Source: Candidatus Latescibacterota bacterium (GTDB lineage: Bacteria > Latescibacterota > UBA2968 > GCA-2709665). Taken from it: a DNA stretch of 64,000 nt. The translations under genes were made by a program, and so were the position numbers. The stretch lies in the NCBI GenBank assembly GCA_965219455.1, contig OZ244744.1, forward strand, positions 1,376,001-1,440,000, written 5' to 3'. Within the stretch, counting starts at the first letter, position 1. Every line of letters begins with the position of its first letter. Below are positions 39,640-48,830 of the stretch, in pieces. Below the pieces are notes generated by a model. It did no database searches. It saw only the letters and a program-made list of their open reading frames with translations, and was not told where the DNA came from.

Positions 39640-42600
39640 ATGTCCAGGTTTTTCGTTGTACCAATCCTGCTCACGTTTGTCGTCTTGACCAACGCCGAAG
39701 CGCAGCAGACGCCCATCCTTCTGGTGTCCAACATCGATAAAACCCGGAATACCGGTCCCGGCTCCCGCCTTGTCGCAGGCGAATCGATGGTCGCAATCGG
39801 TTTTGGTACCGGCGACGACAATGGCGGCTACGCGCTTACCGGGCTCGACGTCAAATTCCATCAGGACCAGGGGACCGGGGAAGAAGTCCGGATCGAGCTC
39901 TGGTCGTCCGGTTATCCGAGGAGCAACGGGAATCGACCCTACGAAAAGCTCGTGGTCTTTGACAATCCGGACCGCATCACCGAAGGCGACAACGCGTTTA
40001 CACTGCCACAGCCTTTTTATCTGAACGACGGTTGGACCTATTTCATCGTCGGCAGAGCACCCGAATACAGACCCGGCGACGAGAGCACGCAGTGGTGGTT
40101 CGCCACCACGGACTCGGACGCACAGAGCGACCGCATCGATAACGACTGGTGGATCGGAGACAACACGTTCCGATACGCCGGTTCAGGGGCCTGGCCGGAC
40201 CGCGTTACCACGCTCAGCAGAGTCCCGATGATCGCGATCAAAGGCTACGAGCTCGACCGTCTGGTCTACAACACCGGCGAGAGCACGGACGGATACCACG
40301 TCGTGGGAGGCAACTGGCTGGCGCAGGTCTTCACCACGGGCCACGACAACGAAGGCTACGACCTGCACAGCATCGCCTTGGCGTTGGAAGAGGATTCGGG
40401 CCGGGGTCTTCCCACCGACGGCGATCACCTGACCGCGTCTCTGTACACGACCAGAACGGCCGGCTCCGAACGGCATCCGGACCGCAAGCTGTTCGACTTC
40501 GTGAGTCCCCCCGTATTCAGGGAAGGCATAGACAACGAGTTCGTCGCGCCGCAAGGATCGACGCTCGAGCGGGACACGCGATACGCCTTCGTCCTGCGCC
40601 GGAGTACCGGCGCGTGGGCCTACGTCCGGCGCACCCGCGGCGACGACGAGGACGGCCAGGACGAATGGTGGATCAGAAACGAGGTCTACAAATCCACGGA
40701 CGGCGCGGCGTGGAACCCGGATACCCGGGCGCTGAAGATGAGGCTCTACGGCAAGAGGCGCTCCGAAGAGATACCAGGGCAGGTCCTCGATATCGGCGCC
40801 GACCGCACGGAGCGCGAGGGGAGCAATTTCGACGTCCCGGTGACGTTGTCGGAAACGAGCGCGCAGGCAGTGTCCGTCTCCTTCCGGGGCACGGGAGGAA
40901 CCGCCGCCGGGAGCGACTACAGTCATCATGGACAGCCGATGGTAACGATCGAGGCCGGACAGACGACGGCATGGATCAACTTCGACGTCACCAACGACGA
41001 TGCACAGGAGGACGAGGAGTACTTTTTTCTGGAGCTCCACAGCCCGACCCATGCGGTCATCGGGCGCGCCCGGGCACGGATCACCATACCCGCGAACGAC
41101 GAACCGCCGGACGACGCCGGCGCCCCGTTCGGAACGCCGGCGAATCTGACGGCGACGTTGGGTAACGCGGCGGCAACGCTGAGCTGGCGCGCGCCGGCGG
41201 CAACGGCCGACGTCAGGCGCCACGAGTACCGCTACAGGACGGGGGGGAGCTATCCCTCAACGTGGACGCCGATTGAAGACAGTGCGCCCGGCGGCGCCAA
41301 CGCGGCGGGCGTGACGGTGACGGGGCTGCGCGCAGGCGTGGCGTATACCTTCCAGGTAAGGGCCGTGAGCACGGGGGGGGAAACGAGCGACGCGGCGACG
41401 GCGGCAACCCTGCCCGTCTGCAGCCGCACCTCCAGGGTGCGCAACGCGATTCTCGCCAGGCTGCCCGGGATCAATAACTGCGCTGACGTCACCGCCTACA
41501 ACCTCCGGAACATCGATGGCGAGATGAATCTCCACGGCAGGGGCATCACGTCCCTCAAGGCCGGGGACTTCTCCGGGTTGAACGGGCTGGAATTCCTGAC
41601 GCTGTCCGGGAACAGACTGAGCACGCTCCCGGCCGGCGTGTTCGACGGCCTTTCCGCCGTGCGCGAGCTTTCCCTGCAGACCAACGACCTGAGTTCCCTG
41701 CCCGACGGCGCCTTCAGAGGCCTCACCGGGCCGCTGTGGATCAAGCTGTCCGGGAACGAATTCACCGCGTTTCCAGGTGAGGCGCTGGACGACCTGGGCT
41801 CCAACCTTACGGGCCTGTACCTGGGGTTCAACGACCTCAGCTCACTGCCGAACGACGCCTTCGAAGATTTCAAGCGGCTGAGGACCATCGACCTGGAGAA
41901 CAACGACCTGACCTCGCTGCCCGACGGCATCTTCGACGACGTCGGCACCCTGGAATACCTGTACCTCGGCAGCAACGACCTGACGTCCCTGCCCGGCGGC
42001 GTCTTCGACGACCTCCGCGGCCTCCTGCATCTGTATCTCACGAACAACGAGCTGACCGCCGTGCTCGTTGGCGCGTTCGACCGTCTCGCCGCTCTGCAAG
42101 ACCTGGACCTGGGCGACAACGACCTTACGTCCCTGCCCGACGGCGTCTTCGACGGTACGCGGGACCTGAAGAGGTTGAACCTGAAAGGCAACAAGCTGAC
42201 CGCCCTTCCCGAGGGTGCGTTCGAGGGCCTCTCGAAGCTGACCCGGGTGCATCTGGACGGCGTCACCCTGATCCCCGGGCTGCTGCTGGAGGGCGGGGGC
42301 GTCGCGGTGAGGGTCGCGGAAGGCGCGCCCTTTCCCATGAACGTGACGCTGTCGGCGGAGGGCGCCAATCTGGCAAGTACGGCGGCAACCATCCCGGCCG
42401 GCGCCACGACCAGCGGGGCGATCGCCGTGACGCTGCGCGGCGGCAGGTCGGCGCGGGGCACGATCACCGTGGCGTCAGCCACCTTCCAACGCGACCCGGA
42501 CGACTACGAGGGCCTCGACATCCGCACCGGCGCCGGCCTGATCCTCACGCGGGGATCGGAGGGACTGCAAGGGGAGGCGGTTCCCGCGCCGGAACCCCCG

Positions 42601-43707
42601 CCGGACCCCGACGAGGAGGGGACTGCGCCGACCATCCTGTCGATCGCCTTCACCAGCGACCCGGGGCGGGACAACGCCTACGCCTCCGGCAACCTGATCG
42701 ACGTGACGGTGACCTTCAGCGAGCAGGTGCGGGTGACCGGAAGGCCGCAGCTGGAGCTGGACTTCGACGGCGTGGCCAAAGTGGCGACGTACCGCGGCGG
42801 AACGGCCACAACGGCGATCTTCAGCTACAGCGTGAGAGCGGCCGACGTGGACGTCGACGGCATCGCCATCGGCGCGAACAAGCTGAGCCTGGACCGCGCC
42901 TCCATCTGGGACATGGGCGTGCCCGGGAACAGGGCCAACGTGACCCACGACGCGGTGCCCCCCGACCCCGGCCACAAGGTGAACCCTCCGGACGTGACGG
43001 CGCCGGTCTTCGTGAGCGCCGCGACCTCCGATGACGGGACCCGGGTCGTCCTCACCTTCAGCGAAAGGATCACCGTACCGGCGCTGCTGCGCTCGATCGT
43101 CCGAATCGTCCGAGTCGGCCTCGCCCGGTTCTTCATAGCGGTGATTGGCGTGACAGTGGACGGCGATGAGGTGATCCCCTTCACCGCCGGCATTTCCCGG
43201 ACCAACCTCATCATGACCTTGCGTGAGCCCGTGACCCGGGGGCAGGAGGTCGCCGTGGCCTACGACAACATCTTCGCCCGCGACGCCGTCGGCATTTTCA
43301 TCGACGAAGCGGGCAACGCCCTGCAGAACTTCCCGTCCCGACCGGTCACGAACCGGTCCACGGTGGCCGACTCCGAGGAGGAGGACACCACCCCGGATCT
43401 GAAACTGAGCCGGACGGAACTTCCGGTCACCGAGGGGGAGAACGCCGCCTACTCCGTGGCCCTGGGTAGCCAGCCCACGGCCTCGGTGACCGTTGCGATC
43501 GCGAGCTCTTCGAGCAAACTGTCGGTCAGTCCCGGAAATCTCGCGTTCACCACGGAAAACTGGAACGACGCCCAGACGGTAACGCTCACCGCGGGCCAGG
43601 ACGACGACAACCTGAACTACTGGGTACGCGTGAGTCATACGGCCGGCGGAGGGGGCTACGACTCGGCCGCGGCGAACGTGTACGTGGTCATTCAGGATGA
43701 CGACTGA
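39640..43707 (+). CDS. Large secreted protein: two N-terminal beta domains, Calx-beta, FN3, ~9 LRRs, SwmB-like and Ig-like domains
   Basis: Signal peptide AEA-Q, EDEEYFFLEL Calx-beta, YTFQVRAV FN3, LxxLxLxxNxLxxLP repeats. Confidence 0.85.
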   Translation: MSRFFVVPILLTFVVLTNAEAQQTPILLVSNIDKTRNTGPGSRLVAGESMVAIGFGTGDDNGGYALTGLDVKFHQDQGTGEEVRIELWSSGYPRSNGNRPYEKLVVFDNPDRITEGDNAFTLPQPFYLNDGWTYFIVGRAPEYRPGDESTQWWFATTDSDAQSDRIDNDWWIGDNTFRYAGSGAWPDRVTTLSRVPMIAIKGYELDRLVYNTGESTDGYHVVGGNWLAQVFTTGHDNEGYDLHSIALALEEDSGRGLPTDGDHLTASLYTTRTAGSERHPDRKLFDFVSPPVFREGIDNEFVAPQGSTLERDTRYAFVLRRSTGAWAYVRRTRGDDEDGQDEWWIRNEVYKSTDGAAWNPDTRALKMRLYGKRRSEEIPGQVLDIGADRTEREGSNFDVPVTLSETSAQAVSVSFRGTGGTAAGSDYSHHGQPMVTIEAGQTTAWINFDVTNDDAQEDEEYFFLELHSPTHAVIGRARARITIPANDEPPDDAGAPFGTPANLTATLGNAAATLSWRAPAATADVRRHEYRYRTGGSYPSTWTPIEDSAPGGANAAGVTVTGLRAGVAYTFQVRAVSTGGETSDAATAATLPVCSRTSRVRNAILARLPGINNCADVTAYNLRNIDGEMNLHGRGITSLKAGDFSGLNGLEFLTLSGNRLSTLPAGVFDGLSAVRELSLQTNDLSSLPDGAFRGLTGPLWIKLSGNEFTAFPGEALDDLGSNLTGLYLGFNDLSSLPNDAFEDFKRLRTIDLENNDLTSLPDGIFDDVGTLEYLYLGSNDLTSLPGGVFDDLRGLLHLYLTNNELTAVLVGAFDRLAALQDLDLGDNDLTSLPDGVFDGTRDLKRLNLKGNKLTALPEGAFEGLSKLTRVHLDGVTLIPGLLLEGGGVAVRVAEGAPFPMNVTLSAEGANLASTAATIPAGATTSGAIAVTLRGGRSARGTITVASATFQRDPDDYEGLDIRTGAGLILTRGSEGLQGEAVPAPEPPPDPDEEGTAPTILSIAFTSDPGRDNAYASGNLIDVTVTFSEQVRVTGRPQLELDFDGVAKVATYRGGTATTAIFSYSVRAADVDVDGIAIGANKLSLDRASIWDMGVPGNRANVTHDAVPPDPGHKVNPPDVTAPVFVSAATSDDGTRVVLTFSERITVPALLRSIVRIVRVGLARFFIAVIGVTVDGDEVIPFTAGISRTNLIMTLREPVTRGQEVAVAYDNIFARDAVGIFIDEAGNALQNFPSRPVTNRSTVADSEEEDTTPDLKLSRTELPVTEGENAAYSVALGSQPTASVTVAIASSSSKLSVSPGNLAFTTENWNDAQTVTLTAGQDDDNLNYWVRVSHTAGGGGYDSAAANVYVVIQDDD

Positions 43708-43763
43708 AAGGATCGTCCGGCGTCGAGGGCGCCGGAATCTCACTTAGCGGCCCGAGGCTGCAA

Positions 43764-43979
43764 ATGAAACGATCGATATTATTTATTGCCGTAATGTTAC
43801 CCCTCTGCCTGTGTGCTGACGCCAACGCTCCCTTGCCGCTCGATACGTGGGAACTGGTAGAAGGCCTGACGTTGGCGTTCGCGCGCTCGATCTCCGGGCG
43901 TCCCGTCCACTATGCCTGGAGCGGGGTCACCGACGAGGCCAGCCGGGTGGATCTGGACATTGTCACCCTGGACTGGTAG
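43764..43979 (+). CDS. Small secreted hypothetical protein or gene remnant
   Basis: MKRSILFIAVMLPLCLCADANA signal-like N-terminus. Confidence 0.4.
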   Translation: MKRSILFIAVMLPLCLCADANAPLPLDTWELVEGLTLAFARSISGRPVHYAWSGVTDEASRVDLDIVTLDW

Positions 43980-44021
43980 GGAGTCACCGGCTACTACCGC
44001 GCCCGCAAAGGAGGAAATTCA

Positions 44022-44798
44022 ATGAACTACGTGCCGTCTTTTTGCATCGTCGCGTTCATGGGTCTGGCGTCCACCGTTGCCGCGGAACGGCAGCCGTTTG
44101 AGGGACGGGTCGTGAACGGGAAGTCCCTTCCAATCCATCGGGCGCGGGTCGTGCTTTACAGGCTCGACAATCCGCGCGCGCGGCTGACGACCATCACGGA
44201 CGAAAACGGCGCCTTCTCGCTGCCCCTGAGAGACCTCGCCCCGCCGCGACCCAACGCACTGCGGCAGAACCATCCCAATCCGTTCAATCCCTCCACCCTC
44301 ATACCCTTCGAGATCTCGGAGGGTGGACACGTTCGCCTGGACGTGTTCAACATTCTGGGCCAACGCGTGGTCACGCTGATCGACGAAGAGCGCCCGGCCG
44401 GGTTTCACAGGGTGCTGTGGGACGGCACGGACGCTGTCGGCCGGGGCGTGAGCGCGGGGGTTTACATCTACCGGCTCAGCACCGGGAACTGGCGCGACGC
44501 GCGGAAATTGATGCTGCTCGACGGCGCATCGGAGCGTTCGGGCGGTGGAGCCTCGAATTTCAGCGAAGAAAAGGCTCACGCGTTCGGCGTGAGGATCACC
44601 GGCGAGGGAATATTGCCGGAAACCTTCACCTGGACCCCCGGCATGGGGTCCCTGGTGGCGGAGGTGAGACGTATCGAAGACATCCTTCCGCCCGAGGTCG
44701 AGCACCCCGATACGGCGGCCAATCCCTTCTCGGGGACCAGCCTCGCCTCGATTATCCAGGTTGTTTCCGCGTACGGCGTCGACCCCGGCGGGGATTGA
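44022..44798 (+). CDS. Secreted protein with FlgD/T9SS-type domain
   Basis: GGAGG RBS, signal peptide, QNHPNPFNPSTLIPF...VFNILGQRV...WDGTD...GVYIYRL. Confidence 0.8.
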   Translation: MNYVPSFCIVAFMGLASTVAAERQPFEGRVVNGKSLPIHRARVVLYRLDNPRARLTTITDENGAFSLPLRDLAPPRPNALRQNHPNPFNPSTLIPFEISEGGHVRLDVFNILGQRVVTLIDEERPAGFHRVLWDGTDAVGRGVSAGVYIYRLSTGNWRDARKLMLLDGASERSGGGASNFSEEKAHAFGVRITGEGILPETFTWTPGMGSLVAEVRRIEDILPPEVEHPDTAANPFSGTSLASIIQVVSAYGVDPGGD

Positions 44799-45033
44799 GC
44801 CGGCCAAACCCATTCATCAAAGAAGCAAGATCACATGGCACATCGGAAATCGATCAAACCGGCATCGGCGGCGCTGGCCGGCCAGGATGGGGTGGTATTC
44901 GGCGCGGTCTGGCGCCAGGACTGACCGGGCAACTGTGGGAGAGGCCACCGCTGGCCCCAGGACCGAGGGCATCCTGCCTCGACATTGGCTCCTTGAGAAC
45001 CCCCCATTGCAATCCATGAAAGGGGACGTTGCC

Positions 45034-48000
45034 ATGGATTTGAAATCGACCGACGTCGACCGGAACGGGCCATCGCCCCGGGCACGACGATGCCTCGCCC
45101 TCGCCGCGGCCCTCTGCAGCGTCCTCTTCGCGGCCTCGCTTGTCATCGCGCCGCCGGCCTCTGCGCAAGACGTGACCATCTGGTCCGCCGACCTGGAGGT
45201 GAAAACCCTCAATGCCGCCCAGGACGAATTCGGTTGTTCCCACACTACCCCCTTTAATGGGCAGTGCGCCAACTCCAATGTTCTATCCGACGACGACTTC
45301 AGCTTGCACGGCAACCCATACACAATCACGAGGATCGAAGACGACGGCAGCGAGCTGGAACTGACTCTGGATACCGCCCTTCCCTCGAACGTGCTCGAGT
45401 TCCTGACCCTGAAAGTGGGCGATACCGAGCTGGCCTTTGAGGACGCCCGCGTCAGCTCCAGCAACAAGCGTTACACCTGGTCGTCCAGCCCCTCCTGGTC
45501 TTTGGGCGACGACGTGGACCTCAGCATCACGGACGCCAGCGGGCCGTCCCTGGTAACGAACACCTCCCTGGATGATAACGAAAGGAACCTCTTTGAAAAT
45601 GGCCATCGAAGTGCGCAAGCATTCACGGCCGGGACCTGGGCGCGGGTCACATTAATCGGAATCGGGATTGGAGATGAAGTCGATGACGACGTGGAGGTCA
45701 CATTGCACAAGGGCGGGGGAAGCAATCCCGGCGACAGACTGAAGAGGCTGTCGAACCCCTCGAGCATCACGGCGGATTTGGTCAACGTATTCACCGTTCC
45801 CGACGGCGGCATCGTGCTGGAGGCATCGAAAACGTACTTCGTGCAGGTCAAAACGACCTCGAGCGACAGGGTAGCCGTTTCCGTAACCGGACCCCTTTCG
45901 GGCGGCAACGCCGAAGACGACGGGGCCGCTGAGAATTGGACCATCGACAATGGTTCGTGGACAAACAGGCCTTCGATCGGTACATGGCAAGCAAGCAATC
46001 AGTCGATGCGAATCGACGTCAAGGGTGAGGTGCTCCTGGACCCGCCGACCAATCCGAGCGCTCGTGCAGTTGCGCCGATGCGGGTCACGCTCAGATGGGA
46101 CAGGACCTTACCGTCTCCAAAAGGCACAATCGATAGGGACGACGGCTACAAGATCGAATGGTCCGCCGATGGCAACGATCCGTGGACGTCGCTCGTGAAC
46201 GTCACGAACCAGTACGTGACCGATAGCGACATCTGGTGCACGTGCTACCCTACGCGATTCAACGACAACACCATCACGCCCGGGACCACGCGCCACTACC
46301 GGATCAAGGCGGTCGACGACGACGACGAGAGCGCCTGGTCCGACGTGGTCAGCGCCACCACGCCGGGGCTGGTGGATTCCGATCAGGGCCGGTTCGAATA
46401 CGGCGCGGTGGTTTCGGAATTCAACGCGCTCACCGATCAGAAGGTGTTCCGAATCGACTTGGATCCGGGCGAGAGCTATCGGTTCACCATCGCGGGGAAG
46501 GCGACCAGGCACCGGGTGATCGTGACCGACCCGGGCGGCACGGAGACCTGGAACGACGTGCTGGAAGCGAACAACACTCTCATACCGAGATTCACGACGC
46601 AGGGGGCCGGCGACCACCAGGTCAAGATCTCGCACGGCGGGAGTCCCGGACAATACACGAGCCTGAACGCGGGATGGTTCCAGTTCGTGCTCGTGCCGGA
46701 GCGCGATGATGAGTCGGAGTTTTCTCTTACTCCCCTCGAGGGCACGTTAGAACTATTGGTACTCAACACCTACGGCGACGTTGACCGCATCGGATTGCTG
46801 GTGCAGCCGGGCAAGGCGTATGCCGTCCGGGTCCGGGGTCGCGAGACGGATGAGGGCACCGCCGCGACGCCGCGGATCAAGCGCGCCATGCCGCCGGCGA
46901 CGACCCACGTGTACAACATGGGCAAGCCGTGGGTGGAGGGCGTGACCACTACCGAGGAATCGACCGTTACCTGTAAGACGACGAAACCGGGCGACAGCGA
47001 TAGGTGCCAGGAATTTCAGGCCTTCGTGATCGACCTGCGGGGGCAGACCGGCGCGCAGCAGACGTGGCACATCATCGTCGCCCCGACGGCGCGCCCCCGC
47101 ACCTATCCGTACCGTGTGGGCATCTACTCAGTACTTCTGGACGAGCTTTCGGCCAGCCAACTGGAGGGGGTGCGGATGCCGCTGAGGGGGTGGTTCGCGT
47201 CGCAGCCGTCGCAGCACGACGGGTCGAAGGCGATCAAGGTCCGGGTGGGGTTCAGCGATGCGGTCGACGAGAGCCCGGAGAACGTGGGCCGGCATGGTGT
47301 GAGCGTGGACGGCGGCGAAGTGACGTCGGTACGCCCGGTGGGCGGACAGGAGCAGGACGACGCGGCGGAGCGCAAGGGGACCCGCTCGGCAAGCGTTCGG
47401 CAAGACGAACAGGAAGACCGGGAGGTCGTGTGGGAGTTCGAGATCGAGCCGGACTCGGACGGTGACGTGACGGTGTCGCTGGAGGCGTGGCGCCCGTGCG
47501 GCGAGCCGGGCGCGATCTGCACCGCGGACGGACGGGTGCTGTCGGAGGGGATCTCGACGACGGTGCGGGGCCCGGCGGCGGATGAGCAAGAGCCTCAGGA
47601 ACAGGAACAGAAACCGCCGGATCAGGAGGAGGAAGAACAACCCCAGGAGCCAGGGCCGCCGGCGCTGACGGCGTCGTTCGAGGGCATGCCGGCGAAGCAC
47701 AAAGGCGAGGGCGGGTTCCGCTTCCGCGTCGCCTTCAGCGAAAACATCGGGATCAGCTTCCGGGCGCTGCGCGAGGACGCGTTCACGGTCAGCGGCGGGC
47801 GCGTGACGGGCGGAAAGCGGGTGGACGGCCGCCGCGACCTGTTCGCGATGACGGTGCGGCCGGTTTCGAACGGTGACGTGACCATCACGCTGCCGGCCGG
47901 GCGCGAGTGCTCGGTGTCCGGTGCGATCTGCACGAAGGGGGAGAACCGGCGCAAGCTGACCAACGCGCCCTCGGCCACGGTGCGGGGCCCGGCGGCAGAA

Positions 48001-48732
48001 ACGCAAGAGCCTCAGGAGCAGAAGCCTCAGGAGCAGAAGCCTCAGGAGCAGGAGGCGGCGGCAGCAGAGCAAGAGCCTCAGGAGCAGAAGCCTCAGGAGC
48101 AGGAGGAGGAAGAACAACCCCAAAAGCCGCCGCCGGCGCCGCGGAACCTGACGGGTGTCGCCAACGACGACGGCTCGGTGACCCTGAGCTGGGACGCCCC
48201 CGGCGATGACTCGGTAACCGGCTACCGGATCCTGCGGCGGCACACCGTCAAGCAGGCCCCGGGCGTGTTCTCCACGCTGGCGGCCAACACGGGCACGACC
48301 GCGACGACCTATACGGACGGCGTCGCGTCGCCGGAGACCCGCTACGCCTACCGGGTGAAGGCCGTGAACGCTGCCGGCGCCGGCAAGCGGTCCAACTACG
48401 TCAAGGTGACCACGAAGAGGGCCGACCCGGCGTCCAAGCCGGCGCTCGCGGACGGGCCGCCGGGCCTGGCGCCGAATGCGCCCAACCCCTTCAACGCCAG
48501 CACCCTCATTCCCTACCGGCTGGACGCGGACGGACCCGTGCGCCTGGAGATCTACAACCTCCTCGGGCAGCGCATACGCACACTGGTGAACGAGGTGCAG
48601 GCCGCGGGGGCCTACCGGGTGTCCTGGGACGCCCGCGACGCAGCGGGGCGGCGCATGTCCTCGGGGGTGTATTTCCTGCGCCTGCACTATCCGGGCGGCG
48701 TGCAGACGCGGAGGATGCTCTACCTGAAATAG
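45034..48732 (+). CDS. Large secreted FN3 protein with Q/E/P-rich linkers and C-terminal FlgD/T9SS-type domain
   Basis: ASA-Q signal, two FN3 domains, duplicated ...AICT domain, QEPQEQKP repeats, PNAPNPFN...GVYFLRL. Confidence 0.85.
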   Translation: MDLKSTDVDRNGPSPRARRCLALAAALCSVLFAASLVIAPPASAQDVTIWSADLEVKTLNAAQDEFGCSHTTPFNGQCANSNVLSDDDFSLHGNPYTITRIEDDGSELELTLDTALPSNVLEFLTLKVGDTELAFEDARVSSSNKRYTWSSSPSWSLGDDVDLSITDASGPSLVTNTSLDDNERNLFENGHRSAQAFTAGTWARVTLIGIGIGDEVDDDVEVTLHKGGGSNPGDRLKRLSNPSSITADLVNVFTVPDGGIVLEASKTYFVQVKTTSSDRVAVSVTGPLSGGNAEDDGAAENWTIDNGSWTNRPSIGTWQASNQSMRIDVKGEVLLDPPTNPSARAVAPMRVTLRWDRTLPSPKGTIDRDDGYKIEWSADGNDPWTSLVNVTNQYVTDSDIWCTCYPTRFNDNTITPGTTRHYRIKAVDDDDESAWSDVVSATTPGLVDSDQGRFEYGAVVSEFNALTDQKVFRIDLDPGESYRFTIAGKATRHRVIVTDPGGTETWNDVLEANNTLIPRFTTQGAGDHQVKISHGGSPGQYTSLNAGWFQFVLVPERDDESEFSLTPLEGTLELLVLNTYGDVDRIGLLVQPGKAYAVRVRGRETDEGTAATPRIKRAMPPATTHVYNMGKPWVEGVTTTEESTVTCKTTKPGDSDRCQEFQAFVIDLRGQTGAQQTWHIIVAPTARPRTYPYRVGIYSVLLDELSASQLEGVRMPLRGWFASQPSQHDGSKAIKVRVGFSDAVDESPENVGRHGVSVDGGEVTSVRPVGGQEQDDAAERKGTRSASVRQDEQEDREVVWEFEIEPDSDGDVTVSLEAWRPCGEPGAICTADGRVLSEGISTTVRGPAADEQEPQEQEQKPPDQEEEEQPQEPGPPALTASFEGMPAKHKGEGGFRFRVAFSENIGISFRALREDAFTVSGGRVTGGKRVDGRRDLFAMTVRPVSNGDVTITLPAGRECSVSGAICTKGENRRKLTNAPSATVRGPAAETQEPQEQKPQEQKPQEQEAAAAEQEPQEQKPQEQEEEEQPQKPPPAPRNLTGVANDDGSVTLSWDAPGDDSVTGYRILRRHTVKQAPGVFSTLAANTGTTATTYTDGVASPETRYAYRVKAVNAAGAGKRSNYVKVTTKRADPASKPALADGPPGLAPNAPNPFNASTLIPYRLDADGPVRLEIYNLLGQRIRTLVNEVQAAGAYRVSWDARDAAGRRMSSGVYFLRLHYPGGVQTRRMLYLK
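48003..48121 (+). repeat. Tandem 15-bp coding repeats (QKPQE)
   Basis: CCTCAGGAGCAGAAG units. Confidence 0.8.
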
Positions 48733-48830
48733 GCCCGGCATGGAGATCGCCGCCGACCGCATCCTCTCGGCCGGAATCGAGGCGGCGGCGGTCCTCAACC
48801 GGCCTTCATGAAAGTAATGGAGACGTTGCC

